Source: Selaginella moellendorffii (Eukaryota > Plantae > Lycopodiophyta). Taken from it: DNA of 64,000 nucleotides. Of this stretch, positions 12,589 to 25,461 are shown one piece after another. Numbering within the stretch: position 1 is the first letter of the stretch; the number at the start of each line of letters is the position of its first letter. The notes beneath the pieces were generated by a model. The model ran no database searches and was not told the origin of the DNA. It saw only the letters and a program-made list of their open reading frames with translations. Location: NCBI RefSeq assembly GCF_000143415.4, contig NW_003314277.1:2282633-2346632 (forward strand). Direction: 5' to 3'. A program made the position numbers and the translations under genes.

Positions 12589-15023
12589 ATGGCGGGCGAG
12601 GAGGTATCAGCGGTGAGCCCTTCCCACGGCGATTCGAGCGATGGGAGAATGGCGCCTCAAGCTCAGGATCGAGCGGGGAGCTCGTCGGAAGCGGCGGCGG
12701 AGGGAGATAAGCCCTGGCATTCTTACGACACGGTGTTCTTGAATGCCAAAGCAGGTCTGGATTTGTGGTTATTTTCCACATTCTTCCTATGTTTGTGTGT
12801 GTGCGTGAGTCAGGAATGAGTGGAGTGGACAAGGAAAAAGTCCAGAAGGTTGTTTACGAGATGAGCAAAGGATCCCGGTATTTCGAGAACGAGCAGCGCA
12901 AAGAAGCAATTCTCCAGCAGAGGATCGAGAAATTCAGAGAACAGGCTGCAAAAATCAGCACGACTAAGCTCGCAGAGACGAAAGCGGTGAGATTTCTTTG
13001 TTTTCATTTTTTTTTCTTTTCCTTTCTCTTCCAGCTCTAACAGAGATGTATAGGCGGTTGATAGAGGAATTCTCGAGCTAGAGGCGAGCCGAAATCTCGA
13101 CAAAACTTGGATGCATGTTGATATGGATGCGTTTTACGCCGCCGTCGAGACAGTGGAGGATGTTTCCTTGTCTTGCAAGCCTATGGCTGTTGGAGGCATG
13201 TCGATGATTTGCACTGCAAACTATGAGGTATGCCGTTTGTTGCACGAAGAATTTCAGTGCTCACTTCTCCACCGCAGGCTCGGAAGTTTGGAGTGCGTGC
13301 TGCAATGCCTGGTTTCATAGCCTGCAAGCTGTGTCCGGACTTGGTATTGATAAAGCCAAACTTTGAAAAATACACGCATTACAGTGAACTCACACGTCAA
13401 GGTACTACCATATTCCGCTTTTCTTTTGGAGGCTTAGTAAACCTTTCTGTTCCAGTCTTTCGCTTATATGACAAAAATTTTATTGCAAGGAGCCTGGACG
13501 AAGCGTATCTTGATATTACAGAGTTTTGTAGAACGGAAAGCATTGCTCCGGCAGAGGTAGTCTGGACGCAGTATTATGTGGTTTATCTCATGTGGTTTAC
13601 AGGTAGCTGAACGGCTTCGGAAAGACGTTTTTGAGAAAACTAAGCTTACTTGCAGTGCTGGTGTTGCAGCCAACCGTCTCCTAGCGAAGGTGCTTTCATT
13701 CCTAATGCTTCTGACCATCTTTGCTTTTTGCTTTTATGTAGGTGTGTTCTGACATTAATAAACCAAATGGCCAATTTGTGCTTGAAAGTGATCGCGAAAA
13801 GATTATGGAATTTGTGTCGAAGCTGCCTATTCGGAAGGTTTTGAGTTCCTGATTCCAATTTTTTGTTTTAAAACCTGATATTTTTGTTTTCAAGGTTTCT
13901 GGTATTGGAAAGGTTACGGAGAGACTGTTGAAAGACGTTCTTTCTATCAATATGTGCTCTGATTTGATAGAAAATAGATATTTGATTTCGGCTTTGTTTT
14001 CAACAATTTCCACAGGTATCGTATGTCTCATTCGACGATGGTGACATTATTTCAGGTTTTTGCAGATTTTTTCTTATCAGTTGGCCTGGGTATTGGTGCC
14101 TCCGAGGCTCCTCACGAAGAGCAAAGAAAAAGCATAAGCAATGAAAGAACGTTTTCACCGACAAGTGACGCGAACATTCTTGGCAAAATCTTAGGTTCGT
14201 TTTGCACAATTGAGTGTAAAATTTGTGATAACTTTCGCATATCAGGTGACCTCGCTGAAAGTTTGTCCGAGGACATGATCAAGGAAAATTTGCAAGGCCG
14301 GACATTAACGCTAAAACTTAAGACGAGCACATTTGAGGTGCGTTCTAGTCATAGAGTTTTGTATAATAGCAAATGTTTTCTCTGGCAGGTACGTAGTCGG
14401 GCCGTATCAGTTCAGCATTTTATTAGTTCTAAGAAAGAAATCGAATCACTTGCTATAAAACTACTTAAAGCGGAACTTCCTATTTCATTGCGCTTGCTGG
14501 GTAAGTACTTTATCTTACCTTCCTCCATTGCTAACTCAAACACCGCAGGAGTGAGAGTTTCCCAGTTCAAAGAAGACGATCCTTCCCAGAAGAGTATTGC
14601 AAGCTTTCTGAAAGACATCTCTGATGCCGCTGTCAAGGATGACGACTTGGAACACGATTACGATGAACAGACACCATATTTATCAGACACTGACCGCGAT
14701 ACAAGTTGTAAACATACGGCAGACCAGTGGACGCAAGATGATCGATGTTCCTTGTGTGGCGAGAGAATATCTTCCGAGTATCCAACCCTCAGACAAGAGC
14801 ACGAGGACTTTCACTTTGCTTTAAAGATCCAACAACAGGACTCTGTTAACCAGCTTGAGGTTTCGAAAAGAAGCATTGGCAAGAGGTATGTCGATAACTT
14901 TTATTTTGATTGCAAACTGATGTGGTCCACATTCTCAGACCAATAACTCAAAGCAGCGATCGTGGTACGAAGAAGTCCGCAAAGAATAGAAACTCCATCG
15001 AATCATACTTCGCAAAGAACTAG
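12589..15023 (+). CDS. POLK: DNA polymerase kappa (Y-family, DinB), multi-exon
   Basis: [77 protein letters not shown] finger CSLC..EHEDFH and C-terminal PIP-like SIESYF. Last exon 14939-15023. Confidence 0.95.
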
Positions 15024-16088
15024 CCGTGCGACAGGGTTTGGACAATCGTGTTATGCCAAGGATCAGAAACGTGCGTCAGCAAGTTGTCTATGGGGCCTGT
15101 TTTCGTGAAGAAAGCTTGAACAAAAACACCAAGTATTGCTACCATGGCCAGCCTTCCTGCAACTCACATCAGGATCGGTATGAACAGCAAACCTTACTAC
15201 CGTTTTTGAGTTCCTTCTCTTTCAACGTTCGTGCGTTGTTTATGTCCCTTCCTAGGCCAGCGGGATCGAAAAACGGACCTCCGGGATAGCTGCATATGGT
15301 AAAAAAATCCATTTTTCTTTCCTCAGTCATATCCAATATTCGTTTTCTTTTGGCCAGGAATATACCCGCTTTGTAGTCCAGCAAGAGCATCCTCAAACCC
15401 CAAAAACGTATCTTGAGCCGCTTGCGAACCAGGACTGATATAATCGTAGTATCTCCTCGTTTCAGCATACCTGCAAGGTAACACAAGTGGAAGTTTTACA
15501 TCTCTGTCAAGGGCTCATAAGATTTCTCCCACCCCATTAGAATCAGCTGGACTACAAACAAAGTTCGCGTGTCTGCGAACTCGAATTCTGTGGCACCGGC
15601 CTCGTACCAGACAGGCAGGTCCCTGCCTCCCACAGTCCTTAAAAGCTTCAAAAGAGCCAAGGTATTGTTTCTATAGTTGATAGAAGAGAGTGACTTACAT
15701 CTGTGACGAGGATTCCAGCAATGCCAGCCATAGCAAAACGAGAATGGACGAGTTCCGCTTGCACGTACCATCGAAGGGTTTCGGGGTCTTTACCGAGCTC
15801 GAGGGGATCAAATCCAAAGTCGCCTGCGAGACTGGATGGTCGATCGATAGCAAATTTGCCACAAAGGAGTCACACGGCCGAGAAAGCAAAGATAAGAAAT
15901 GGTTGGACTTACGAGCCATCAAGATGTTGGGGTGGAGATAAGCCAGGTAGCCAGATGGGCCTTTCGTCACTGCCAGAAGATTGAGCTCGAATTGACAAGA
16001 ACCGAGCACAATGTGCGTTTCGAATTCGAGGATAGCAGCTTGACGGCTGTGGAGTCCTCCATACCATTGAAAGCCGGTTGCTATCCAT
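15020..16088 (-). CDS. LHCA5: Photosystem I chlorophyll a/b-binding protein Lhca5, multi-exon
   Basis: Transit peptide, then [85 protein letters not shown] and [15 protein letters not shown]. These are Lhca5-type motifs. Confidence 0.92.
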
Positions 16089-17499
16089 TCCTTCCAAGAA
16101 TGTTATATGCTTTTCCTATGGTCCAGATTTTAATTTGATTTTGTTTAGGTTTTGTATACAAAAAAAATTATCTACATAATTTAAGACGCAAATAGATTTC
16201 TTTGTCCCTGGAAAAAGATTAAAGATGAGTTTTTGCCTAGACTACTCGGCCCTTTGTTTTACCTTTGTGTTGCTTTCAATGCTTTTGGTAGATACTAAAG
16301 TAATCGTCACAGGTGGATCCTCACTACAAATTGCAGGCCGTCTTAGCAACAAATTGTATCACTCTAGCACTACTCCCAGCGTTGCGTGTGCTTTGAGGCT
16401 ACAGCGCGGATGGATTATTTGGAGTGACTGTAGATGAGGCTAGTTCTCAAATATACACCGAACACGGCTGTTTCTAATTTTTTTAAAAATAATTTTAGGT
16501 TGATAGAAATTATAAAAGAATATTCATTTTTAATAAGCTTCTCTCTCACTCTTCAGCTCTCAAAAAACCTTAGGAATTCCATTTTTCAATAGAAGAGATC
16601 GTAAAGCGAGTTCCCAGTATTGCAGCAGACCAGTATCAAAATTATCAAAAGGTTTAGTTTTCAAGTAAACAGCTTACTCATGCCACATAGGGGCAAATTT
16701 GCTCGGTTCTATCGCATTTGCCTCGACGCGAGCTTTTCTAGAGATGACTCTTCTACTTCCCTCTTCTAGTTTTTTGCTTGATAATAGAGCGAGCCTGTGA
16801 AACATATCCACGATTAAATGCGAAGAAACCTTCGAGACAAGATTTACCATGTTTGGAGCTGTGTAGAAGGGATGGATTGAGAGATGAGATTTAAAATAAC
16901 ACATACAATGTATGTTTTTCACGAGTCTAAAAAATGATATGCTAACCCAGTAGTTTTTCTGCAATGGCCACGACCAAAGTAAAGCCTCCATAGGCCAAGC
17001 TATAACACAAAAAGGAAGACCTGGAGGTGAAGCAAACAATACATCTTCCAACTTCAGTTTCTTAGCGTCTTCATGACAGGTGCACCTCTTCAGTAACTTG
17101 CCAGAACTCGCACATAAGCTGGTGAGTGAGAAGGGACTCCCTTGGGACTATGGATGTTTGTGGGCATTTGAAACAAGCCTCATCCTGGACTTCTTTAACA
17201 GTGTGAGAGGTTTTGGTTTGGGGGCACAAGAACATTTTGGTGACAAGCAACAGGATGATGAATTTCCAAAATTGAAGGGGAGTTCCTTGATTCTTTTCCA
17301 TCCCTTCTCATGGCCCCTGCTCATTCCGCAATACAGTCATAAAGGGCATTTGCAGTAAGTTGGAGACAAGTGTGGTGTTTAAAATATAAAATATATAAAT
17401 ATAAACATTATAATATAAATAGTGTAAAATATAAAATATTAATAAATACAAAATATTACAATACAAGATGATTATCTTATGGAAAATAGTAAATATCAC

Positions 17500-19530
17500 T
17501 AATTAATAAGAAATATAAATAAAAAGCAAAGAATAATACATGATGACTTCATATTAAAATAAATAAATAACTTAACAAACAGTTGTGCTTATTTTTTAAC
17601 AGGAGGAGCAGGAACTGAAAAATCAATGCTTTTAAATACATTTATAGAAACACTCAAATGATATTATAAAAAAAACCAAGATATCAATAATCAACTAGGA
17701 CAAACAGTATTAATAGCAGCACCTAGAGGAAAAGCAACTTATAATATAAATGGTTCAACAAAACATTCAATTTTTGCATTTCGATTAGAAGCATCAAAAC
17801 AATGTCAAATAATATTAACAAATGACACATTAGATAAATATAAGAGAAAGCTTTCAACAATAAAATCTTTAGTACCTTCACAAGGAATGATGGAAAACAT
17901 TGATCACAGCAAGCAAACAGTCATTCTAAGACAAACTTGTGGAATCACAGTGCAAAGCACAAAATCTTCTTTCAACAAAAGAAATGACAAAATTTTCATC
18001 AAGTTGGAATGAGTGTGAACTATCCAATATATAGTAGATGCCAAGTTTTGGAAAATGTAATGCATAATCTCCACAATTGCCAATTACTCACACAATCTTA
18101 GAGTTGTGGCCTGCTCTCGGAATCATGGCCAGATTTTCCAATTACACTAACAACGCAGCCTTGACACCACCACCACCAACAATGTAAGCCACCACAAAAA
18201 TACATATAACACAGAATATTAATCTATATTTGCAGCTAACAAATAAGTAAGAGAACATAATGAAAAAAATAATACAACACATACAAGATAAAAATATAAT
18301 TATAGAAGTACAAGACAAACATGGAAATTCTTGTCTTATTACCAAATGACATAAGAAAAACACAAGAACTATATAAAATAATCTATAGCAACTATCAACA
18401 ATAATCTATAGCAATAGAAGATAGATTAGTAAATAGAGCAGATGGAGTATTACAAGATGTAACTCAGATTGAAGAAGAACAAATAATATGGATAGAATTC
18501 CCAAATATAAAAATAGGTAAAAAAAACAAGAGCTAAAGAAAACATAATAATAAAGCAAAATAATGAAAAACAAAACTGGACACCAATAAAAAAAAACAAG
18601 AATAACAAATATTACTAAAAATAAAAATTATGTTATAAGTAAAACCTAATTTCCAGTACAACCATGCACAGGAAGAACAATACATAGAGCACAAAGACCA
18701 ACAGTTATGCAATTAGGATATGACTCATATAAAACAAAATATCCAGGACAAGTATATACAACATTATCAAGAGCATAAACACTAAAAGGTATACATTTAT
18801 ACAGACCAATTGAATATAAACATATTATAATCAATAAAGATGCAGCTAAAGAAATAATCAGAATGACAACAGAAGCACCATGGCAAATTGATTTGATAGA
18901 TTTACCAATTATACAAGTTCTAAACACAACATCTATTATTGCTTATTGCTTATTACTGCACATCAAGAAGATATAAAGAGTGATTCACAATTATTAACAT
19001 CAGATATAATATGTATGCAAGAAGTAAGAACACAAAAACATGAGGATTTATATTTTAATAAATATAAATCATATATACATAAACAATATTGCATACAAAT
19101 GGTTATAAATCAGAACAAATAGAACATTTAAAAACAGAAACAATGGCAATGTCGTATATATCACTAGAAAAAAAAATTACAGATAATAAATTAACATAGA
19201 AAACCTGGAAAAATATACAAATATTCATAAAACAACTACAACAATATATACAGAAAATAGATAATAAAAAACCAGTAATAATTACAGGAGATTTCAATAT
19301 TGATTATCAAAAAGAAGAAGCAAAACCACTTCAAACAATAATAGAGAAAGAAGGATACATACAAATAATAAAAAACTAATAGATCTTATATGGATAAAAG
19401 ATATAGTATATACAAAAGCAGGAGTAGTGCATACTGAACAGATCATAATAAATTATATATCATAATAAAAAGTATTTAAAAACAAAAGCAAACCTAGCAT
19501 TGCTGCATTGCAATACACAGCAATTTTATT
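17500..19530 (+). mobile_element. Degenerate Helentron/Helitron2-type rolling-circle transposon (PIF1 helicase plus EEP/APE endonuclease)
   Basis: Helicase motifs FLTGGAGTEKS, VLIAAPRGKATYNINGSTKHSIF, FPVQPCTGRTIHRAQ and GQVYTTLSRA. These are followed by EEP motifs SDIICMQEV, PVIITGDFNID, DLIW and TDH. A-rich, with many stops. Confidence 0.8.
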
Positions 19531-19976
19531 ATATACTTTTAAGATTAATTTGATTATTACCAATCTATAATAATTAAATTAAAAATTAGGAATATTCATA
19601 AATATTCCTTTAAACCGATTTGCATATCTAGCTGTTGGAGTTATCAGCGTCAACTAGAATCTCTTAATAAAAGGATCTATCAAGAGGATTGATGAATAAA
19701 ACATCTTGCTATCTTGTTCTCGATTCTATCTTTCTTTCCAATACACTCTTTGAAGTCTTTATCAAGCTTTAATTGCGTGGTACGTAGTGACCTTGCATGG
19801 CAAAGTGGGAGTTCATGGCTTCAAGAGAAGAAATGCGATCTCGTCACTACTCTTTCCCAAAGTCTGTATTGGCGAGAAAATTCTCACTGTAGAGTAAGAG
19901 TAGTGTTACTTGGTCGAGTATAAATACACAATGTGTACGCACTCGTTTAGTTCCATCTCCCATTTGTATTTCCTCC

Positions 19977-20330
19977 ATGATGGCTTTTAAAAGCTTTGTT
20001 GCTCTTGCCATTGCCACTGTAGTCTTGATGGCGCCAAGCCTGGGAATTCTCAACACAGGTATGCACCAAAAACAAAAAGAGCGTAAGAAGATAACTTTTC
20101 ACTGTACCATTATGAGGATGACTTCTCTCCTTTGTCTCACAATCCAGAATTGGCTTTCCATGATAACGGCGAGCTTCCACCTGATTTTATTGCAGTGGCA
20201 TCGCCAGGGATCTATAACAATGGAGCACATTTACCGCCATTTACTGCACATTTCCTGTGCCGTAGTTGTGAAGCTCTGAGCAGGCATTGCAAGAATCAAT
20301 AACATGAAAGTTCACTTAGCATTGTCAGCT
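19977..20330 (+). pseudogene. Probable EG45-like/plant natriuretic peptide (DPBB) pseudogene
   Basis: Signal peptide MMAFKSFVALAIATVVLMA, GT-AG intron ~20059-20147, then PDFIAVASPGIYNNGAH and a frameshifted LHISC..VVVK. Confidence 0.45.
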
Positions 20331-20598
20331 GACCGGAGTCTTATGGGAGTCTCAAAACCAACATGAGCTACACGATCAATTTACAAAAAAAAAAACCATC
20401 AACAAGTACAAAACTTACAGACGGAACCTCGGGTGCAGAATAAACTCCTAGAGTTTTCTGAGGGCATTTTCTTCCTGGAGGCCGTGTTGAATCATTGGCA
20501 ACTGGTGAGTGGCGATCCATGCATGAAATAAATATGGTTGTGGAGCTAGCCTGGACCAGATTACAGATCAGCCAGCTTGCTCATGGCATGGTTCTAGG

Positions 20599-21298
20599 CA
20601 TAGTTGCCGGAAAACGTATGAAACTAAAAAAACGTAACGTTTTAAACGCGTTAAAAAACGCCGTTCTAAACTCCCAACGCGTTTGCACTATTTGCAAAAA
20701 GAGACAAAGGTTTCTTTAGGGTTTCTTCAGGGTTCATGTAGTCATGGCAGGAATTGGAGGACGCCACGAATGCTGGAGCTGGAAGCATGTGATACGAGCA
20801 GAGCGGCACTGGACATGTAAGTATTGTCATGAGATTCACACTGGGGGAGCGGAGCGAGTGCGAGCACATCTTGCTGGAGTTCAGGCAAGAGGTGTGAAAA
20901 CATGCAAGGCAATGAGGGAGATCCCTTATGAAGTTCTTAAAAAACCTCGCAGCAGTTTTTCCGATTTCGAGCTAGCAGACCCAGCAGATGCCGATGATGG
21001 GCATCTGCTGCAGCAAGCTGCACAGGGTTCAGGGGGGCAGCAGAATCTATGGTGGCAAGCACAGAGAACTGGTCCAGTGCTGGGACAAGTAGAACAGCGA
21101 AATGGCTTTTTCTTTCATTTGTTTTAGTATGGGTTTTATAAACTTAATATCAGATTAAAGTGTCTTTAGTAAATATTAGTGTTTTCTTAATCATTTTAGG
21201 CTTTAACATGTAAACGTTTGATTGTCCTGAAAAAAACGTTTTAAACAGCATTTAAACATGGACGCATTTGAACGTTTGCATGTCTAGCTGCAACTATG
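20599..21298 (+). mobile_element. Non-autonomous hAT element retaining a BED zinc-finger ORF (20744-21127)
   Basis: TIRs CATAGTTGC/GCAACTATG; perfect 8-bp TSD GTTCTAGG (20591-20598, 21299-21306); BED finger W..H..WTCKYC..RVRAHLAG..C; AAACG subterminal repeats. Confidence 0.92.
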
Positions 21299-21622
21299 GT
21301 TCTAGGGAAGCTGATGATTTGAATGAAGCTGCAAGCTTGGATCAGTGGCTGCCAGGCCTTAGAGGGTGCAATCCAAGCTTTGCAACTGGAATCCATGCAA
21401 TGAAGCTTCCAAGGAAGCTCTTGCTGCAGTTTGAAAGGGCGAGTGTTAAGAGGGCTTGGGAGCATCTAGTTTGCTCCACTTGGCTACAGAGTTTCTCTTG
21501 CTTTCAATGCTTGTCCATACCAGCATTCCTATTATCCAGGAAAGGTAAAGAAATGATGAAGTGTTCCAAAATTAATAGTGGCAAGCTTATTTGAGAAATA
21601 AATATAAACAACAAATTTAAAC

Positions 21623-23473
21623 TATGAGTACATGGAATATGGAAATAAAATATAGAAATGTGCATATCAATTAGCCAAAAAATCCTAGCTTATTTACATG
21701 GTTCGAATTGAAACCAATTTTAATGGCTACCAAAATCTCATTACACTAATATTAGTATACAGTATCATAGTTATACACTTAGACCTCACATCATCCCTTC
21801 TTTTCGGAATGATGGAAGGCTGTTAAAGTTTTTTTTATGGATAGGCCAAAATCTGAAAGAACATCAAGAGGAGGCATCAATGGATTTATAGGTGGTGTTA
21901 GTCATTCTTGATCCCTTTGTAAAAAGTGTTTCAACTATTGCATATACACAATTTTTGCAAAATCAACTTGTTGGACGTCATGCTAAACCTTATAAATTTG
22001 TGGTTTAACTTGCCACAACACCAAATATAGTACTTTCCATTGAGTAAGGAGCCCTTTAGATAAATCACATACCATAAGATTGAGAAAATCAACTAACATC
22101 AGGTCATCCACTTTGTACTTTACAGGTGGACGATGATGGGAGTTATAATGCTATTGTTGTCTCACTTGTACACAACTTAGGTGTTCAGCAAACTTTGCTC
22201 GGCTAAGTGGAAGAATGCTTGTTAAATATTGATCCCACAACATAGCATTATCAACTCATGGACCTTCATTTAAACATTCACCAACAGAACATTGTTGATG
22301 CCAAGGTCTCCACCTAGGAAATAGAACTAATCCAAAAAACACTAACAACTCCAATTAATGTGACCAACTTTATTATATGCCCAATAACAAATATCACAAC
22401 CATGATCTTATCCTTGCCCTTATCCTTAAACTTGGGCAATAATAGCATTAACTTTCATTGAAATAGGATTATCTCCCACATATTGTGAAGGTAAAGGATG
22501 TGTAGTAAAAAGTGGAAAAGACAATGTCTTATAACGTTGTGTTGCCAAGTGAAGAGCATAATCAAGGGTGGTTGGAGCAAGTGCATTCATAAGTTCTATA
22601 AAATTTTAACGAAATGCTAACTATTCTCAATTTGATTCATTTCGATATATTTAACTTCACATGAAGTAAAAAGCTTTAGAACCAAATGCCAAATTGCATC
22701 ACAAACTCAAATGGCCCTTGATAAAAAGGATGCAATTGTTAAAAGGCACTGTCACAATTGTCAGCATGTCCAAATATTTATTTGAAGACATTTTGGAAAA
22801 TGCTTCAATCCTCACGAGTGGCTGCGCTTAAACCATTATACCATTGAAACACTATCCCTTGGAGACACATGGGAAATTCACACAAACATTGAGTATCATC
22901 CCAAGAATAATATGTGGCAATCATCATGAAGTGATCAAACCAATGGTATACATTATCCCTAATATTCCCATGGAAGAACTCCAGTTGGACTTGAGGATTG
23001 GCAATAAGAGTATGAGGAGCTGTACCATGCGTCGTGAATGTTACTATCAATTGAGTTTGATTGTTCAATTACAATTGCATAATATCAAACAATTACAACA
23101 ACTACTGCTCGAGTCAAAAGAGGAGGAAACTACTACTTTACAATAAAGATGAATGAAAAGGAAAGAGTAGAAAAGAAGAAGGTGAAAAAAGCTATAAAAA
23201 AAAAAGAGATCTCAACAATACAAAAGCTAAATCTAAAGTAGAATCCTAAATTCAAATACTCCTCAAGGATAATTAAAGTTACCCTTTATCTCCACTAATG
23301 AGAATGCATAGAATATAGAAATAGAATATAAAAATGTGCATATCAATTAACACAAAACCCCTAATTTATATATAGGAGCGAAAGGTTTAGATTGAAACCA
23401 ATCTGATAGTTATTAAAATTCTACTACGCTAATATTAATATATGGCATCATAGTCGTACACTTGGACCTCATA
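21623..23473 (-). mobile_element. Deleted Ty3-type LTR element (short ~170-bp LTRs; gag and IN remnants)
   Basis: Direct repeats ~21623-21790 and ~23297-23473; PPT inside the left LTR; gag-like FHG..DNVYHWFDHF...LQGIVFQWY; degenerate tRNA-Ala-like PBS. Confidence 0.75.
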
Positions 23474-23723
23474 AAAATATTTTTAATCTATTTTAATAAA
23501 AATGCTTTCCTCTTTAAATCTAATAGAATTTTGACAATATTTTTATTTTAGATATTATGCTCATATTAAGAAAGTTTCTCCATGCTTCTTTCTGGATAGT
23601 ATTTAGGATCTCACCAAAATAGGTGAAAATGATAGTCTTAATTAGGACCACCATTCACTAGCTCCATGTGCACTATGTTTGAATTTTTGGTGGACGAAAC
23701 CAAACATTAGATGCTTACATTGT

Positions 23724-23732
23724 GCTATAAAA
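23724..23732 (+). promoter_or_regulatory. Candidate TATA box of the Hog-domain gene
   Basis: CTATAAAA lies ~75 nt upstream of ATG 23800. Confidence 0.45.
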
Positions 23733-23799
23733 TGGCTTGCTCTAGAGTGTTAGCAAGCAGCAGTTTTGGGCTAGCTAGATATATCATAATTCTGTTCTA

Positions 23800-24817
23800 A
23801 TGGCTTATACCAATGCTCTAATCTTCCTGACTTCTTTCATTGCCTTTGCTGCAAGCATTGCAGTGGCACAAACTTCAGCCCCTCCCACTCCACCCCCTGC
23901 CTCCCCTCCCGCTCCAGCCACTCCTCCAGGCACTGCACCCCCTCCAGGCACTCCCCCTCCCACTCCAGCAGCTCCTCCTCCAGGCACTCGACCCCCTCCA
24001 CCCCTTCCAAAGGCAGGATGCTTCCCAGGTAGGGTTCATGTGAATTCACTTTTTGTCTTACAATTTTCAAGCTATTATAGGAGATGCAACTGTTCAGATG
24101 TATAATGGAGAAATTAAGTTCGTGAGGGAGCTTAATGTCGGAGACAAGGTTGAATACTTTCACATAAATTTACAAATCTTGTCCAAGTATAACTTTTCCA
24201 CAGGTTGCAGTAGGCAAGAATATCTATTCAGATGTGTATGCATTCGGCCACAAGGATGCTGATGTCATCTCCAAGTTTTTCCAAGTGCATAGCGCTTCAA
24301 ACATGTTGGAACTCACTGCAGGCCACTTTGTTCCCATTGCTGTCAATGGGAAGCTCGTGTACAAGAGAGCCGAGGACCTCAAGGTTGGAGATTCCCTGTG
24401 GGAATCATCTAAAATCACTGGTAAGGAAAGCAAAAAGCATATATATTGGTGGGATGTTTCTAACAATTCTGCGCTACTTCTCCAGAAATCTCAAAGGTTG
24501 AGAAGCTAGGCCTCTACAACCCACTCACTCTCTCTGGCAGTATCATGGTGAACAATGTTCTAGCATCCACTCACAGCGAGTGGTTCTTAGACTCCATCTT
24601 TGATGCTGTCGGTGCAACCGAGTACCTGCCATACGCATACCAGGCCGTGCTTGCTCCAGTTCGCGCCATCTACAACATCGTGGGCAAGGAAATTTATGCA
24701 AAGGGCTATGCTGCCATCGATTCCTTCACCAACATTGCTGAGTTTGGAACGAAGTATGGAGGAAGCGTTGCTCTCGCCCTTGGAATTGCTGGTCTTGTGC
24801 TGGCCTCCAAGGTGTAA
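23800..24817 (+). CDS. Secreted Pro-rich protein with Hedgehog-type Hint/Hog autoprocessing domain (281 aa); exons 23800-24028, 24081-24148, 24204-24420, 24486-24817
   Basis: Signal peptide 1-23 and Pro-rich 24-72, then G|CFPGDATV, ELNVGDKV, LELTAGH, RAEDLKVGD, GLYNPLTLSGSIMVNNVLAS, SRR-like AYQAVLAPVR and a hydrophobic tail. Three GT-AG introns keep the frame open (846 nt). Confidence 0.92.
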
Positions 24818-25461
24818 ACAATTTTGGCAAGAATAAAATTTGGAAATACATACAAACGTACAGTGCACAGACAATTATTGGGTACCTCTCACACCACCAG
24901 TAGACCAAATGTCCACTACACCGCGTTTGTTTTGTTTTGCTAACATAACTAAAACACTAAAGTTGGCATTTTATAGACATTGGCCAATTTAAATAAATTT
25001 ATTATGATATTCTTTGAATTTTAGGCATTTATAATGATTAAGGAAAATATTATCATTTTATTATTATTACGGGGTTATAGGAGCTGGATAATGGTAATCT
25101 GCCCTAGCCTCACTCCACTTAATCAGTCTTCTCTTGAGTTCCAGTCCCGAAATTCCTCCTGAAATTCATAAACTTTTAGTGGCACTATCACTTAGTAGTA
25201 TCAAAAGGATGTTGATTAATCTAGTGGGCCATTTGAAGCTATTAGGTTTAAAATATATGTTTTAATTTACTTCCACCTCCAGCACATATAGTATATTTAA
25301 AAACCAGATTTTTTAAAGAAAACTAAAATTGTTGTGCATCTTATTTAACTAAATATTATTTATTATTACTTATCTCCTATTTTAGTGTTATTCCTGTTTT
25401 GGTATATATTGTACTTTATATCTATAGTTCCTTCTATTTTTTTAATACTTGATTTAAGTAT

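Noticed and set aside
17071-17301. C..H..C pattern resembling a TRAF/SINA zinc finger
   Set aside because: Too short and flanked by stops; it cannot be supported without an HMM search.
24019-24580. Hint domain as a true protein-splicing intein
   Set aside because: It lacks the C-terminal His-Asn/+1 nucleophile motif and is followed by an SRR-like region, so it is Hog-type.
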